DNA of 64,000 nt, from NCBI GenBank assembly GCA_942492025.1, contig CALODJ010000004.1, forward strand, positions 84,226-148,225, in the 5' to 3' direction. The notes under the pieces are model-generated. The model was given only the letters and a program-made list of their open reading frames with translations. It had not been told where the DNA came from and searched no databases. How positions within the stretch are numbered: the stretch's first letter is position 1; every line of letters starts with the position of its first letter. Shown piece by piece: positions 42,073-50,645 of the stretch. The DNA is from an uncultured Gammaproteobacteria bacterium. Its GTDB lineage: Bacteria; Pseudomonadota; Gammaproteobacteria; SZUA-229. Both the position numbers and the translations under genes were made by a program.

Positions 42073-42651
42073 ATGTTAATTATGATCGATAATTATGATT
42101 CCTTCACCTACAACCTGGTGCAATACCTGGGCGAGCTCGGTGCGGATATAAAAGTTTTCCGTAATGATGGTATTACAGTCACTGAGCTGCAGGCATTAGG
42201 ACCGGCGCGTATAATGATTTCCCCCGGACCTTGTACACCGAATGAAGCAGGTATTTCCATGGATGTGATCCGTGCCTTTGCCGGTGTGGTGCCGATTCTC
42301 GGTGTCTGTTTAGGGCATCAAAGTATTGGACAGGTTTACGGTGGTAATATCGTGCACGCTCGTGAAATCATGCACGGCAAGACCTCACTGATTCATCACA
42401 AGGGCGAACATGTTTTCAACGGATTGGATAGTCCCTACACGGCAACGCGTTACCACTCGCTGGTGATCGATAAGCAGTCGCTGCCGGACTGCCTCGAGAT
42501 AACGGCCTGGACTGAAACCGAGGCGGGTGAAATGGATGAGATCATGGGTGTCAAACACAAACAACTTGCGGTTGAAGGTGTGCAGTTTCATCCCGAATCG
42601 ATACTGACCGAGCACGGGCATGATCTGTTGAAAAATTTCCTGATGACCTGA
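42073..42651 (+). CDS. trpG: Anthranilate synthase component II (glutamine amidotransferase)
   Basis: [19 protein letters not shown]...[10 protein letters not shown] (catalytic Cys)...HPES. I prefer the ATG at 42073 to the track start at 42031. Confidence 0.9.
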   Translation: MLIMIDNYDSFTYNLVQYLGELGADIKVFRNDGITVTELQALGPARIMISPGPCTPNEAGISMDVIRAFAGVVPILGVCLGHQSIGQVYGGNIVHAREIMHGKTSLIHHKGEHVFNGLDSPYTATRYHSLVIDKQSLPDCLEITAWTETEAGEMDEIMGVKHKQLAVEGVQFHPESILTEHGHDLLKNFLMT

Positions 42652-42663
42652 CGACAAGACGAG

Positions 42664-43683
42664 ATGACTATGGATATGCAATCCGCGATCAAGGCGATGA
42701 CCGAACACAAGAACCTGTCTGCTGATGAGATGGCCTCGGTCATGCGTCTGATCATGACTGGTGAGGCCACGCCTGCGCAGGTCGGTGGCTTTCTGATCGG
42801 CCTGCGCATGAAAGGTGAAACGGTTGATGAAGTTGCCGCCGCCGCCAGTGTGATGCGTGAATTGTCGACCCGGGTCGATGTTGATAAGCGACATCTGGTT
42901 GACACCTGCGGTACCGGAGGTGACGCTTCCGGAAGTTTCAACATCTCCACGGCGAGCGCCTTTGTGGTCGCGGCAGCCGGTGGCAAGGTAGCCAAGCACG
43001 GCAACCGTTCAGTATCGAGCAAGTCCGGCAGTGCCGATGTGCTCGAGGCAGCGGGTGTCAATCTGGAATTGACACCGGAACAAGTTGCAGCCTGTGTTAA
43101 CGGCATCGGTGTTGGCTTTATGTTCGCACCCATGCACCACAGTGCGATGAAGCATGCGATTGGTCCGCGACGCGAGATGGCGGTGCGTACTCTGTTCAAT
43201 GTGCTGGGTCCGCTGACCAATCCGGCCGGAGCACCCAATCAGGTCCTGGGCGTGTTCAGCGACGACTGGGTCGAGCCGTTGGCGCAGGTGCTGAAGCAGT
43301 TGGGCAGCGAGCATGTGCTGGTGGTGCACGCACAAGACGGGCTCGATGAAATCAGCATTGCCTCGATGACCCACGTGGCTGAACTGAAAGACGGTGAGGT
43401 AACAAGCTACACGGTGCAGCCAGAGGATTTTGGTATGCCACGGGCAGAGTTATCAACAATCAGGGCCGAAGACGCTGAAGACAGTCTGCGCATCATCCGA
43501 TCGGTGCTGGCAAACGAGGATGGTCCCGCGAAAGATATTGTCTGTTTGAATGCCGGTGCGGCCATCTATGCGGCCGGTAAAGCCGGCAGTCTCGCTGAAG
43601 GTGTAGACCGTGCGCGGGAAGTCATTGGCAGTGGCGAAGCTGCCAACAAGCTGGAGCAACTGGTAGCAGCAACCAGGATCTGA
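42664..43683 (+). CDS. trpD: Anthranilate phosphoribosyltransferase
   Basis: [49 protein letters not shown]; 339 aa. Confidence 0.9.
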   Translation: MTMDMQSAIKAMTEHKNLSADEMASVMRLIMTGEATPAQVGGFLIGLRMKGETVDEVAAAASVMRELSTRVDVDKRHLVDTCGTGGDASGSFNISTASAFVVAAAGGKVAKHGNRSVSSKSGSADVLEAAGVNLELTPEQVAACVNGIGVGFMFAPMHHSAMKHAIGPRREMAVRTLFNVLGPLTNPAGAPNQVLGVFSDDWVEPLAQVLKQLGSEHVLVVHAQDGLDEISIASMTHVAELKDGEVTSYTVQPEDFGMPRAELSTIRAEDAEDSLRIIRSVLANEDGPAKDIVCLNAGAAIYAAGKAGSLAEGVDRAREVIGSGEAANKLEQLVAATRI

Positions 43684-43861
43684 AAAGAATAGCACGTACT
43701 TTGGAATGACAAGGTTTATGTGGTCATTGCGAGGTGCGAAGCAATCTCACGACAGGTTGCGTTCAGCCAGCAGATTGCCACGCTATCGCTCGCAATGACG
43801 CAACGATAATTTTTATGTGCTCGAATGTAAGTGAATACCCTCAGGGGCTGAAAATAGTTAC

Positions 43862-44662
43862 ATGTCCGATAAACGCGCCGACATATTAAAAACGATTTTG
43901 CAGCGAAAGGCGGAAGAAATAACCGAACGCTGTGCAAACATCGGTCTGCCAGAAATGCGCGAACGCGCTATAGCGGCTGACGCGGTGCGCGGCTTCATCG
44001 CCGCGATTGAACAATGTATTGCCGCTAACCGGTCTGCGGTCATTGCCGAAATCAAAAAAGCGTCACCCAGCAAAGGTTTGCTGCGGGAATCGTTCGATCC
44101 GTCAGCCATCGCAAAAAGCTATCAGCAACACGGCGCTGCCTGTTTGTCGGTACTCACCGACAGGGACTTCTTTCAGGGCGCTGAAGATTACCTGCAACAG
44201 GCCCGATCTGCATGCACCCTGCCGGTGATCCGCAAGGATTTCATTATCGATACTTACCAGGTATACGAGGCGCGGGCGATCAATGCCGACTGCATTTTAT
44301 TGATTGTTGCCGCCCTGGACGACGGCGATTTACAGCGACTGCTGGATCAGGCACACGATCTACAGATGGATGTATTGATGGAAGTGCACGATGATGCCGA
44401 GCTCGAACGCGCGCTGGCGACCGGCGCGCGCCTGATCGGCATAAATAATCGCAATTTGCGGACCTTCGAAACCCGCCTGTCGACCACGATCAATATGCTC
44501 GGCAACATACCGGAAGACCGCATCGTCGTTACCGAAAGCGGTATCCATACACCGCAAGACGTCAAGCTGATGCGTGAACATAACGTGCATGCGTTCCTGG
44601 TGGGTGAGGCCTTCATGAAAGCCGACGATCCCGGTGCGAAGCTGGCGGAACTGTTTTTCTGA
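43862..44662 (+). CDS. trpC: Indole-3-glycerol-phosphate synthase
   Basis: [14 protein letters not shown]...[12 protein letters not shown]...NNRNLRTFE; 266 aa. Confidence 0.9.
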   Translation: MSDKRADILKTILQRKAEEITERCANIGLPEMRERAIAADAVRGFIAAIEQCIAANRSAVIAEIKKASPSKGLLRESFDPSAIAKSYQQHGAACLSVLTDRDFFQGAEDYLQQARSACTLPVIRKDFIIDTYQVYEARAINADCILLIVAALDDGDLQRLLDQAHDLQMDVLMEVHDDAELERALATGARLIGINNRNLRTFETRLSTTINMLGNIPEDRIVVTESGIHTPQDVKLMREHNVHAFLVGEAFMKADDPGAKLAELFF

Positions 44663-44664
44663 TT

Positions 44665-44820
44665 CACCACAGAGGCGCAGAGGCGCGGAGAAAATCGTTT
44701 TGTTTTTTAGTTTTGTAGGGTGCGCCGTGCGCACCGTGGCTCGGATAAATGTATCTGATGTTTTCGGTGCGCACGGCGCACCCTACATTTCTACTTTGTG
44801 TCCTCTGTGCCTCTGTGGTG
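44665..44820. mobile_element. 156-bp MITE of the CACCACAGAGGCGCAGAGG family with a nested 72-bp palindromic element
   Basis: Terminal inverted repeats CACCACAGAGGCGCAGAGG (44665–44683) and CCTCTGTGCCTCTGTGGTG (44802–44820). The internal element at 44715–44786 has the same 22-bp perfect inverted arms as the one at 35538–35607. It fills the entire gap between the convergent trpC and crp stop codons. Confidence 0.65.
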
Positions 44821-44825
44821 AAAGA

Positions 44826-45482
44826 CTAACGTGTACCAAAGACGACCACGGTCTTGCCGTGGGCGCTGATCAGGTTTTCATCTTCCAGTTCTTTGAGCAC
44901 GCGTCCTGCCATTTCGCGCGAACAGCCAACCATTTTGGCGATATCCTGGCGCGTGGTTTTGATCTGCATGCCGTCCGGGTGAGTCATTGCGTCTGGCTCC
45001 CTGCTGAGTTCAAGCAGGCAGTGGGCAATGCGGCCTTTCACATCGAGGAAGATCAGGTCGCGAACCTTGAGACTGGTCTTTCGCAGGCGGTTGAAAATCT
45101 GACTGCTCAGCAGAAACATGATCGCGGGATCTTTGCTGACGATACGCCGGAACTGATCATAACCGATTTCTGCGATGATGCATTTGCTGCGCGCGATCAC
45201 CCAGGCGGTACGTCTGGTATGCTCATCGTGATCCGGATCGAGGTCGAACAGGCCCGCTTCTCCGAAAAAATCGCCCTCGTTCAAGTGGGCGAGGATAATT
45301 TCGTCACCGGATTCATTTTCTGCCTGTACGCTTACCGAACCCTGAATGATATAGTACAGGCAGTTTGAAGCATCGCCCTCGTGTATGATCACGGTTTTCG
45401 CATCATAGCTTTTATGGCGAGTATGTTTGAGAAAGCTCTCGAGGGTCGGGTTTAATTTGGGTATTTCACGGGTAATGCTCAT
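44826..45482 (-). CDS. crp: cAMP receptor protein (CRP/Vfr family global regulator)
   Basis: cNMP-binding domain (GDFFGEAGLF) and a C-terminal helix-turn-helix (TRQDIAKMVGCSREMAGRVLKELE). The trpGDC–vfr order matches Pseudomonas. Confidence 0.85.
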   Translation of the reverse strand: MSITREIPKLNPTLESFLKHTRHKSYDAKTVIIHEGDASNCLYYIIQGSVSVQAENESGDEIILAHLNEGDFFGEAGLFDLDPDHDEHTRRTAWVIARSKCIIAEIGYDQFRRIVSKDPAIMFLLSSQIFNRLRKTSLKVRDLIFLDVKGRIAHCLLELSREPDAMTHPDGMQIKTTRQDIAKMVGCSREMAGRVLKELEDENLISAHGKTVVVFGTR

Positions 45483-45565
45483 ACTGTGTCCCAGCAGACC
45501 GATGCGTATGTCATCTTACAGGACTACGATAGACTGCAAAAGACACTCAAGAGCAAGGGGTAAAA

Positions 45566-45988
45566 ATGAAGGCAACGGTAAAATGGCTGGACCACATGTC
45601 ATTTGTCGGAGAATCCGGCAGCGGGCATTCGGTGGTGATGGATGGTGCGCCGGACGTGGGTGGCCGCAACATGGGCGTCAGGCCGATGGAGATGGTGCTA
45701 CTCGGGCTCGGGGGATGTACATCCTTTGATCTGGTTCTGATCCTGCAGCGTCAACGTCAGGCGGTGACTGACTGTCAAGTCGAGATTGAAGCAGAACGTG
45801 CTACCAAAGTTCCGAAAGTTTTTACCCGGATTCATGTGCATTACATCGTCCAGGGCCGTGATCTCGATCCTAAAAAAGTCGAACGCGCAGTCACAATGAC
45901 AGCAGAGAAATATTGCTCCGTCTCGATCATGCTCTCAGCATCGGTAGAACTGTCGCACGATTTTGAGATCATCGAACAACAGGGTTAA
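45566..45988 (+). CDS. OsmC/Ohr-family peroxiredoxin-like protein
   Basis: 140 aa with the OsmC fold and conserved Cys pair (…GLGGCTSFD… and …EKYCSVS…). Confidence 0.75.
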   Translation: MKATVKWLDHMSFVGESGSGHSVVMDGAPDVGGRNMGVRPMEMVLLGLGGCTSFDLVLILQRQRQAVTDCQVEIEAERATKVPKVFTRIHVHYIVQGRDLDPKKVERAVTMTAEKYCSVSIMLSASVELSHDFEIIEQQG

Positions 45989-46155
45989 CCACGTGCCTGA
46001 CACGGCAAACAGGACATGCGTTCATTTGCGGACTATATGGTCTTAGTGCCTACGATCAGTCATTCTCTATTAGCAATGTTGAAAATCCAGGTTGCTAATA
46101 TCAACAATCACAACACCCCATTCGCGGTACTGACAATTCAAGCCAGCAAGGTACA

Positions 46156-48201
46156 ATGCCTGCTTCGATTCAGGATAGTCCATTGAGCAGCTCCCGTTCC
46201 CCTAAACTCAATCCACAACAAGCCCGGGCTGTCCGTAGGATTGATGGGCCCATGCTGGTGCTCGCCGGTGCGGGTAGTGGCAAGACGCGGGTCATCACCG
46301 AAAAAATTGCACATCTGATTGGTCCTTGCGGCATCGCGGCGAACCGTATCGCTGCGGTGACTTTTACCAACAAGGCGGCGCAGGAAATGAAGACGCGGGT
46401 AAAAAAGTTACTCGGTGGAAAAAGTGTGCGCGGGCTCAGGATCTCGACTTTTCATCGCCTGGGTCTGGGAATATTGCAGCGTGAATGCAGGCGCCTGGAT
46501 TATCAGCCCGGGTTTTCGGTGTTCGCTGGCGATGACTGTGTCGGGGTGCTGCAGGAACTGCTGCGTACCCGGGGTGAACGTGGCCTTGAGAAGGCTGAAC
46601 GCTTCCACTGGCAAATCTCCAGCTGGAAGAACGACGGTATCACACCACAGCAGGCGATAAGCTTGGCTGAAGACGATATTCAACTGCGTATGGCACGTGT
46701 TTACGGCAACTATCAGCGTCAGTTGCACGCCTACAATGCGTTTGATCTTGACGATCTGATTTTGCAGACTGTCCAGTTGTTCAGTCATCACGGTGATCTG
46801 CTGGATGCCTGGCAGAATCGCATTCATTATATGCTGGTGGATGAGTATCAGGACACCAACTCGATGCAGTACCAGCTGGTGAAAATGCTGACAGCCAGAC
46901 GCAAGAGCTTGACGGCGGTAGGCGACGATGACCAGTCGGTTTATGCCTGGCGGGGTGCCCGGCCTGAAAACCTGGAGCAGCTGGCCCGGGATTTTACCGA
47001 TCTTGAAGTGATCAAGCTGGAACAGAACTACCGTTCCAGTGGGCGGATACTCAAAGTGGCCAATGAACTCATCAGCCATAATCCTCATGTGTTTGAAAAA
47101 CGCTTGTGGAGCGAGCTCGGATACGGTGATCCTGTCAGAGTGATCCAGTGTAACTCTGCTGAAGATGAAGGCGAGCAGGTCGTCATCCAGTTGCAGTCAC
47201 ACAAGCTGCAGCATCAGGGACGCTACGGCGATTATGCCATTCTGTACAGGGGCAATTTCCAGGCGCGCGTGTTCGAGGGTTACCTGCGTCAGATGAATAT
47301 ACCCTACGTGGTCAGTGGCGGTATTTCATTTTTCGAGCGCAGTGAGATCAGGGATATCGTCGCCTACCTGCGCTTACTCGCGAATCCGGATGATGATGCC
47401 GCCTTTCTGCGTATCATCAACACCCCACGTAGAAATATCGGTCCGGCAACACTGGAAAAGCTCGGTGCCTACGCGGTTGAAAGAAAAATCAGCATGTTGA
47501 GCGCGTGTTCAGAACTGGGATTGCAGGACAGGCTGACAGCCAAGGCGAACAGCAGTCTGCAGAAATTCAGTGACTGGCTGCTCCGGCTGTCTGACAGCAG
47601 CGAAACCGGCTCAGTAGACAGCATTGTGCGACAGTTACTCGAGGATATTGGTTATCAGAACTGGCTGCACGAACAAAGCAAAGATACCGAGAGTGCGGAG
47701 CGCCGCTGGAATAACGTGACGGATTTGCTCGGCTGGCTCGGAAAACTGCAAAATCAGGACGAGGCCGAAGGTATTAGCGAGATCATATCCCGGCTGACGC
47801 TGATGGATATACTGCAGCGCGACGATGATAAGCAGCACGCCGACGCGGTGCAGCTGATGACACTGCATGCAGCCAAGGGGCTGGAATTTCCGCATGTCTA
47901 CCTGGTTGGCTTCGAAGAGGGCCTGCTACCGCATCAGACCAGTATCGATGAAGACACTATCGAGGAAGAGCGGCGACTCGCCTATGTCGGCATCACCCGC
48001 GCCCAGTGCAGTCTGAATCTGACCATGGCGCGTGCACGCAAACGTTATGGCGAAGTCATACTGTGCGAACCCAGCCGCTTCCTCGAGGAATTACCCGAGG
48101 ATGAGCTGGAATGGCTCGGTGGTCGCAACGGTCAAAAGCAGAAATCCACACAGGAAAAGGGCCGCTCCCATCTGGATTCGATCAAGCAGCTGCTCGGCTG
48201 A
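46156..48201 (+). CDS. rep: ATP-dependent DNA helicase Rep (UvrD/Rep superfamily 1A)
   Basis: LNPQQARAV...GPMLVLAGAGSGKTRVITEKIAHLI (motifs Q and I), YMLVDEYQDTN (II), and a C-terminal motif VI (VGITRAQ); 681 aa. Confidence 0.85.
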   Translation: MPASIQDSPLSSSRSPKLNPQQARAVRRIDGPMLVLAGAGSGKTRVITEKIAHLIGPCGIAANRIAAVTFTNKAAQEMKTRVKKLLGGKSVRGLRISTFHRLGLGILQRECRRLDYQPGFSVFAGDDCVGVLQELLRTRGERGLEKAERFHWQISSWKNDGITPQQAISLAEDDIQLRMARVYGNYQRQLHAYNAFDLDDLILQTVQLFSHHGDLLDAWQNRIHYMLVDEYQDTNSMQYQLVKMLTARRKSLTAVGDDDQSVYAWRGARPENLEQLARDFTDLEVIKLEQNYRSSGRILKVANELISHNPHVFEKRLWSELGYGDPVRVIQCNSAEDEGEQVVIQLQSHKLQHQGRYGDYAILYRGNFQARVFEGYLRQMNIPYVVSGGISFFERSEIRDIVAYLRLLANPDDDAAFLRIINTPRRNIGPATLEKLGAYAVERKISMLSACSELGLQDRLTAKANSSLQKFSDWLLRLSDSSETGSVDSIVRQLLEDIGYQNWLHEQSKDTESAERRWNNVTDLLGWLGKLQNQDEAEGISEIISRLTLMDILQRDDDKQHADAVQLMTLHAAKGLEFPHVYLVGFEEGLLPHQTSIDEDTIEEERRLAYVGITRAQCSLNLTMARARKRYGEVILCEPSRFLEELPEDELEWLGGRNGQKQKSTQEKGRSHLDSIKQLLG

Positions 48202-48318
48202 TCTTCAAGCCCGTGACCCATGGGCACAGACGTTGACATCGATCACCGCTATTCAAAACTTCATCAAGGTATTTGACATAAGCATTGTCATATACAATAA
48301 TGCGAATCGTTTTCATTC

Positions 48319-50268
48319 GTGTTTCATATCATGTCTAGATTAAATTTTTACCGGCTGCCGGTGTTATTGTCTGTTTTGTTCATGATGGTATGGCCGGCGC
48401 TGTCTCTATCGTCGGATAACGATCCATCACAACGCCTGTTACAAATGCTGGACTATGTCGGCGTTGACTATCCGCCGACGGTCGCCAGGGGTCGTGTCAT
48501 CGACCCGGTTGAATACGCCGAAATGGAAGAATTTTCCGGCGAGATCATCAGTCTGCTGCAACAAATGCCAGCACATTCTGGCAAGAATATCCTCATCGCC
48601 AATGCGGCAGAAATTCAAACGGGTATCAGTCAGCGCGTGGCTGGCGACGAAATCAGTCGACTGACACAGGCGCTGAAAGCCGCATTGATATCGAACTACA
48701 ACATGGTGGTGGGGCCGAAAAGCGTGCCGGACATGACCGGCGTTCAAGCCTTGTTCGAGTCGAATTGTGCATCCTGTCATGGCGTTTCGGGTCGCGGTGA
48801 CGGACCTCTGGCCAAAGGTATGGAGCCGCATCCCAGCGATTTCCACGATTTGTCGCGTCAATACACGCGCAGTATCTACGACCTGTACAACACCCTTACA
48901 CTGGGTGTACCCGATACCCCGATGGTCTCGTTTTCACATTTGAGTGAGGAACAGCGCTGGGCGCTGGCAATGCTGGTAAGCCGATATTCTGTGACAGACG
49001 ATCAGCTGGCACAGGGTATGACGCTGTGGCAGCAGGGCTGGTTGCGAACACAGTTCAAGGAGCTCCCTGATCTGACCGGTGCGTCTTACGCGATGGTCGA
49101 GGAATGGGCACAGCTGGAGGGTAAATCCGGGGAGCAGGGCAGTGCTGTGCTTGCCTATTTGCGCAGCAATCCGCAGGAGCTTGAAATCAGCGATCATAAA
49201 GCCCTTGATACCAGTATCGCCATGCTGGCCGTCAGTCTCGAGCACGCACGCCAGGGTGATCGTGAGGCGGCGCACAACGCAGCGCTATCGGCTTACCTCG
49301 ACGGCTTTGAACTGGCTGAGCCCTCACTCGTCGTGGTCGACAAACAACTGAAGCTGGCCATTGAAAAGGAAATGATCAGATTTCGTGAAGCGGCCAAGCG
49401 AGGTTCTGTCGAAGATCTCGAACAGATTCAGGGCAAGCTGGTGAGTTTATTGAGTGAGGCCAAACAGTCTCTGAGTACAACGGGCCTGTCAAAAGGCGCC
49501 GCATTCTTTGGCTCATTCGTGATTTTATTGCGCGAAGGTGTCGAAGCGATCCTGGTGCTTGCTGCAATCATGGCCGCGCTGATCAAGACGGGCCGGCGCG
49601 AAGCTATGAAATACATACACATTGGCTGGCTCAGCGCTGTTGTACTCGGCATTATTACCTGGTTGATTGCCGATAACCTGATCGAAATCAGTGGCGCCAG
49701 CCGCGAACTGACCGAGGGTATCGCAGCCTTGGCTTCTGCGGCCATCTTAGTGTATGTCGGCTTCTGGTTGCACAATGCCAGCAACAGCAAACGCTGGAAG
49801 CAATTTGTCGAACACAAGATTGGTAACGCAATGGAAGGCGGCACCCTGTGGGCGCTTGCAGCCGTCGCGTTTCTCGCCGTTTATCGTGAGATGTTCGAAA
49901 CCGTGCTGTTTTACCAGGCCATGTGGGTGCAGGTCGATAGTGGCTCAGAACAGTCATTTATTTTCGGTATCATCGCCGCACTTGCACTGCTGGTGGTGTT
50001 GTCGCTATTGATATACAAAGCCGGAATCAGGCTGCCGATAAAACAGTTCTTTCAGATCAATGCGATTTTGCTGTTCCTGCTCGCTGTCGTCTTTACCGGA
50101 CAGGGCATTGCTGCTCTGCAGGAGGCCGGTATCGTCAGTACCAGCCTGCTGAATTTTCCGCGTATCGAAGTACTGGGCGTTTATCCCACCGCACAGAGCC
50201 TGGGGCTCCAGCTGCTGGTGTTGATACTCGGTGCAGGCCTCTTGATGTACCATAAAAAAGCTAGTTAA
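48319..50268 (+). CDS. Cytochrome c–FTR1 fusion permease (cFTR1-type putative iron/metal permease)
   Basis: A signal peptide and a ~380-aa periplasmic domain with a single CxxCH (CASCHG) precede a 7-TM FTR1/EfeU-like permease. The permease has two REXXE motifs (LLREGVEAIL and VYREMFETVL). Confidence 0.7.
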   Translation: MFHIMSRLNFYRLPVLLSVLFMMVWPALSLSSDNDPSQRLLQMLDYVGVDYPPTVARGRVIDPVEYAEMEEFSGEIISLLQQMPAHSGKNILIANAAEIQTGISQRVAGDEISRLTQALKAALISNYNMVVGPKSVPDMTGVQALFESNCASCHGVSGRGDGPLAKGMEPHPSDFHDLSRQYTRSIYDLYNTLTLGVPDTPMVSFSHLSEEQRWALAMLVSRYSVTDDQLAQGMTLWQQGWLRTQFKELPDLTGASYAMVEEWAQLEGKSGEQGSAVLAYLRSNPQELEISDHKALDTSIAMLAVSLEHARQGDREAAHNAALSAYLDGFELAEPSLVVVDKQLKLAIEKEMIRFREAAKRGSVEDLEQIQGKLVSLLSEAKQSLSTTGLSKGAAFFGSFVILLREGVEAILVLAAIMAALIKTGRREAMKYIHIGWLSAVVLGIITWLIADNLIEISGASRELTEGIAALASAAILVYVGFWLHNASNSKRWKQFVEHKIGNAMEGGTLWALAAVAFLAVYREMFETVLFYQAMWVQVDSGSEQSFIFGIIAALALLVVLSLLIYKAGIRLPIKQFFQINAILLFLLAVVFTGQGIAALQEAGIVSTSLLNFPRIEVLGVYPTAQSLGLQLLVLILGAGLLMYHKKAS

Positions 50269-50645
50269 ATCAGGGGTCTGAATTGCGCTTACTTAACTAA
50301 AAACGCACGTTTTTACAGTAGATTCGTCATACAAAGTAACTGCGCTTTGCGCAACTTGACGGGCAAGCGGGAGTGAGGAGACTGCTTCTTAGCTCGCAAT
50401 GACCTGAATTACGGCTTAAGAGTAAGTGCCATTAATCGCGTATCTGGATTTTGCGCGCTCTGGTTGATTCGCCTCCTGCTGCCTTTTCAACTATCATGCG
50501 GCGACTGGCGCAAACAGTCTGATGGGCCGAAGTATATTAGAAAACAATAAATTATTTATATAACAGACAGTATTACTTATTGGCTTGTGTACCTCGAGTT
50601 AGGGTAAATTGCTGATCCGACTTTCCCATTGCACAGAGGAAACCA

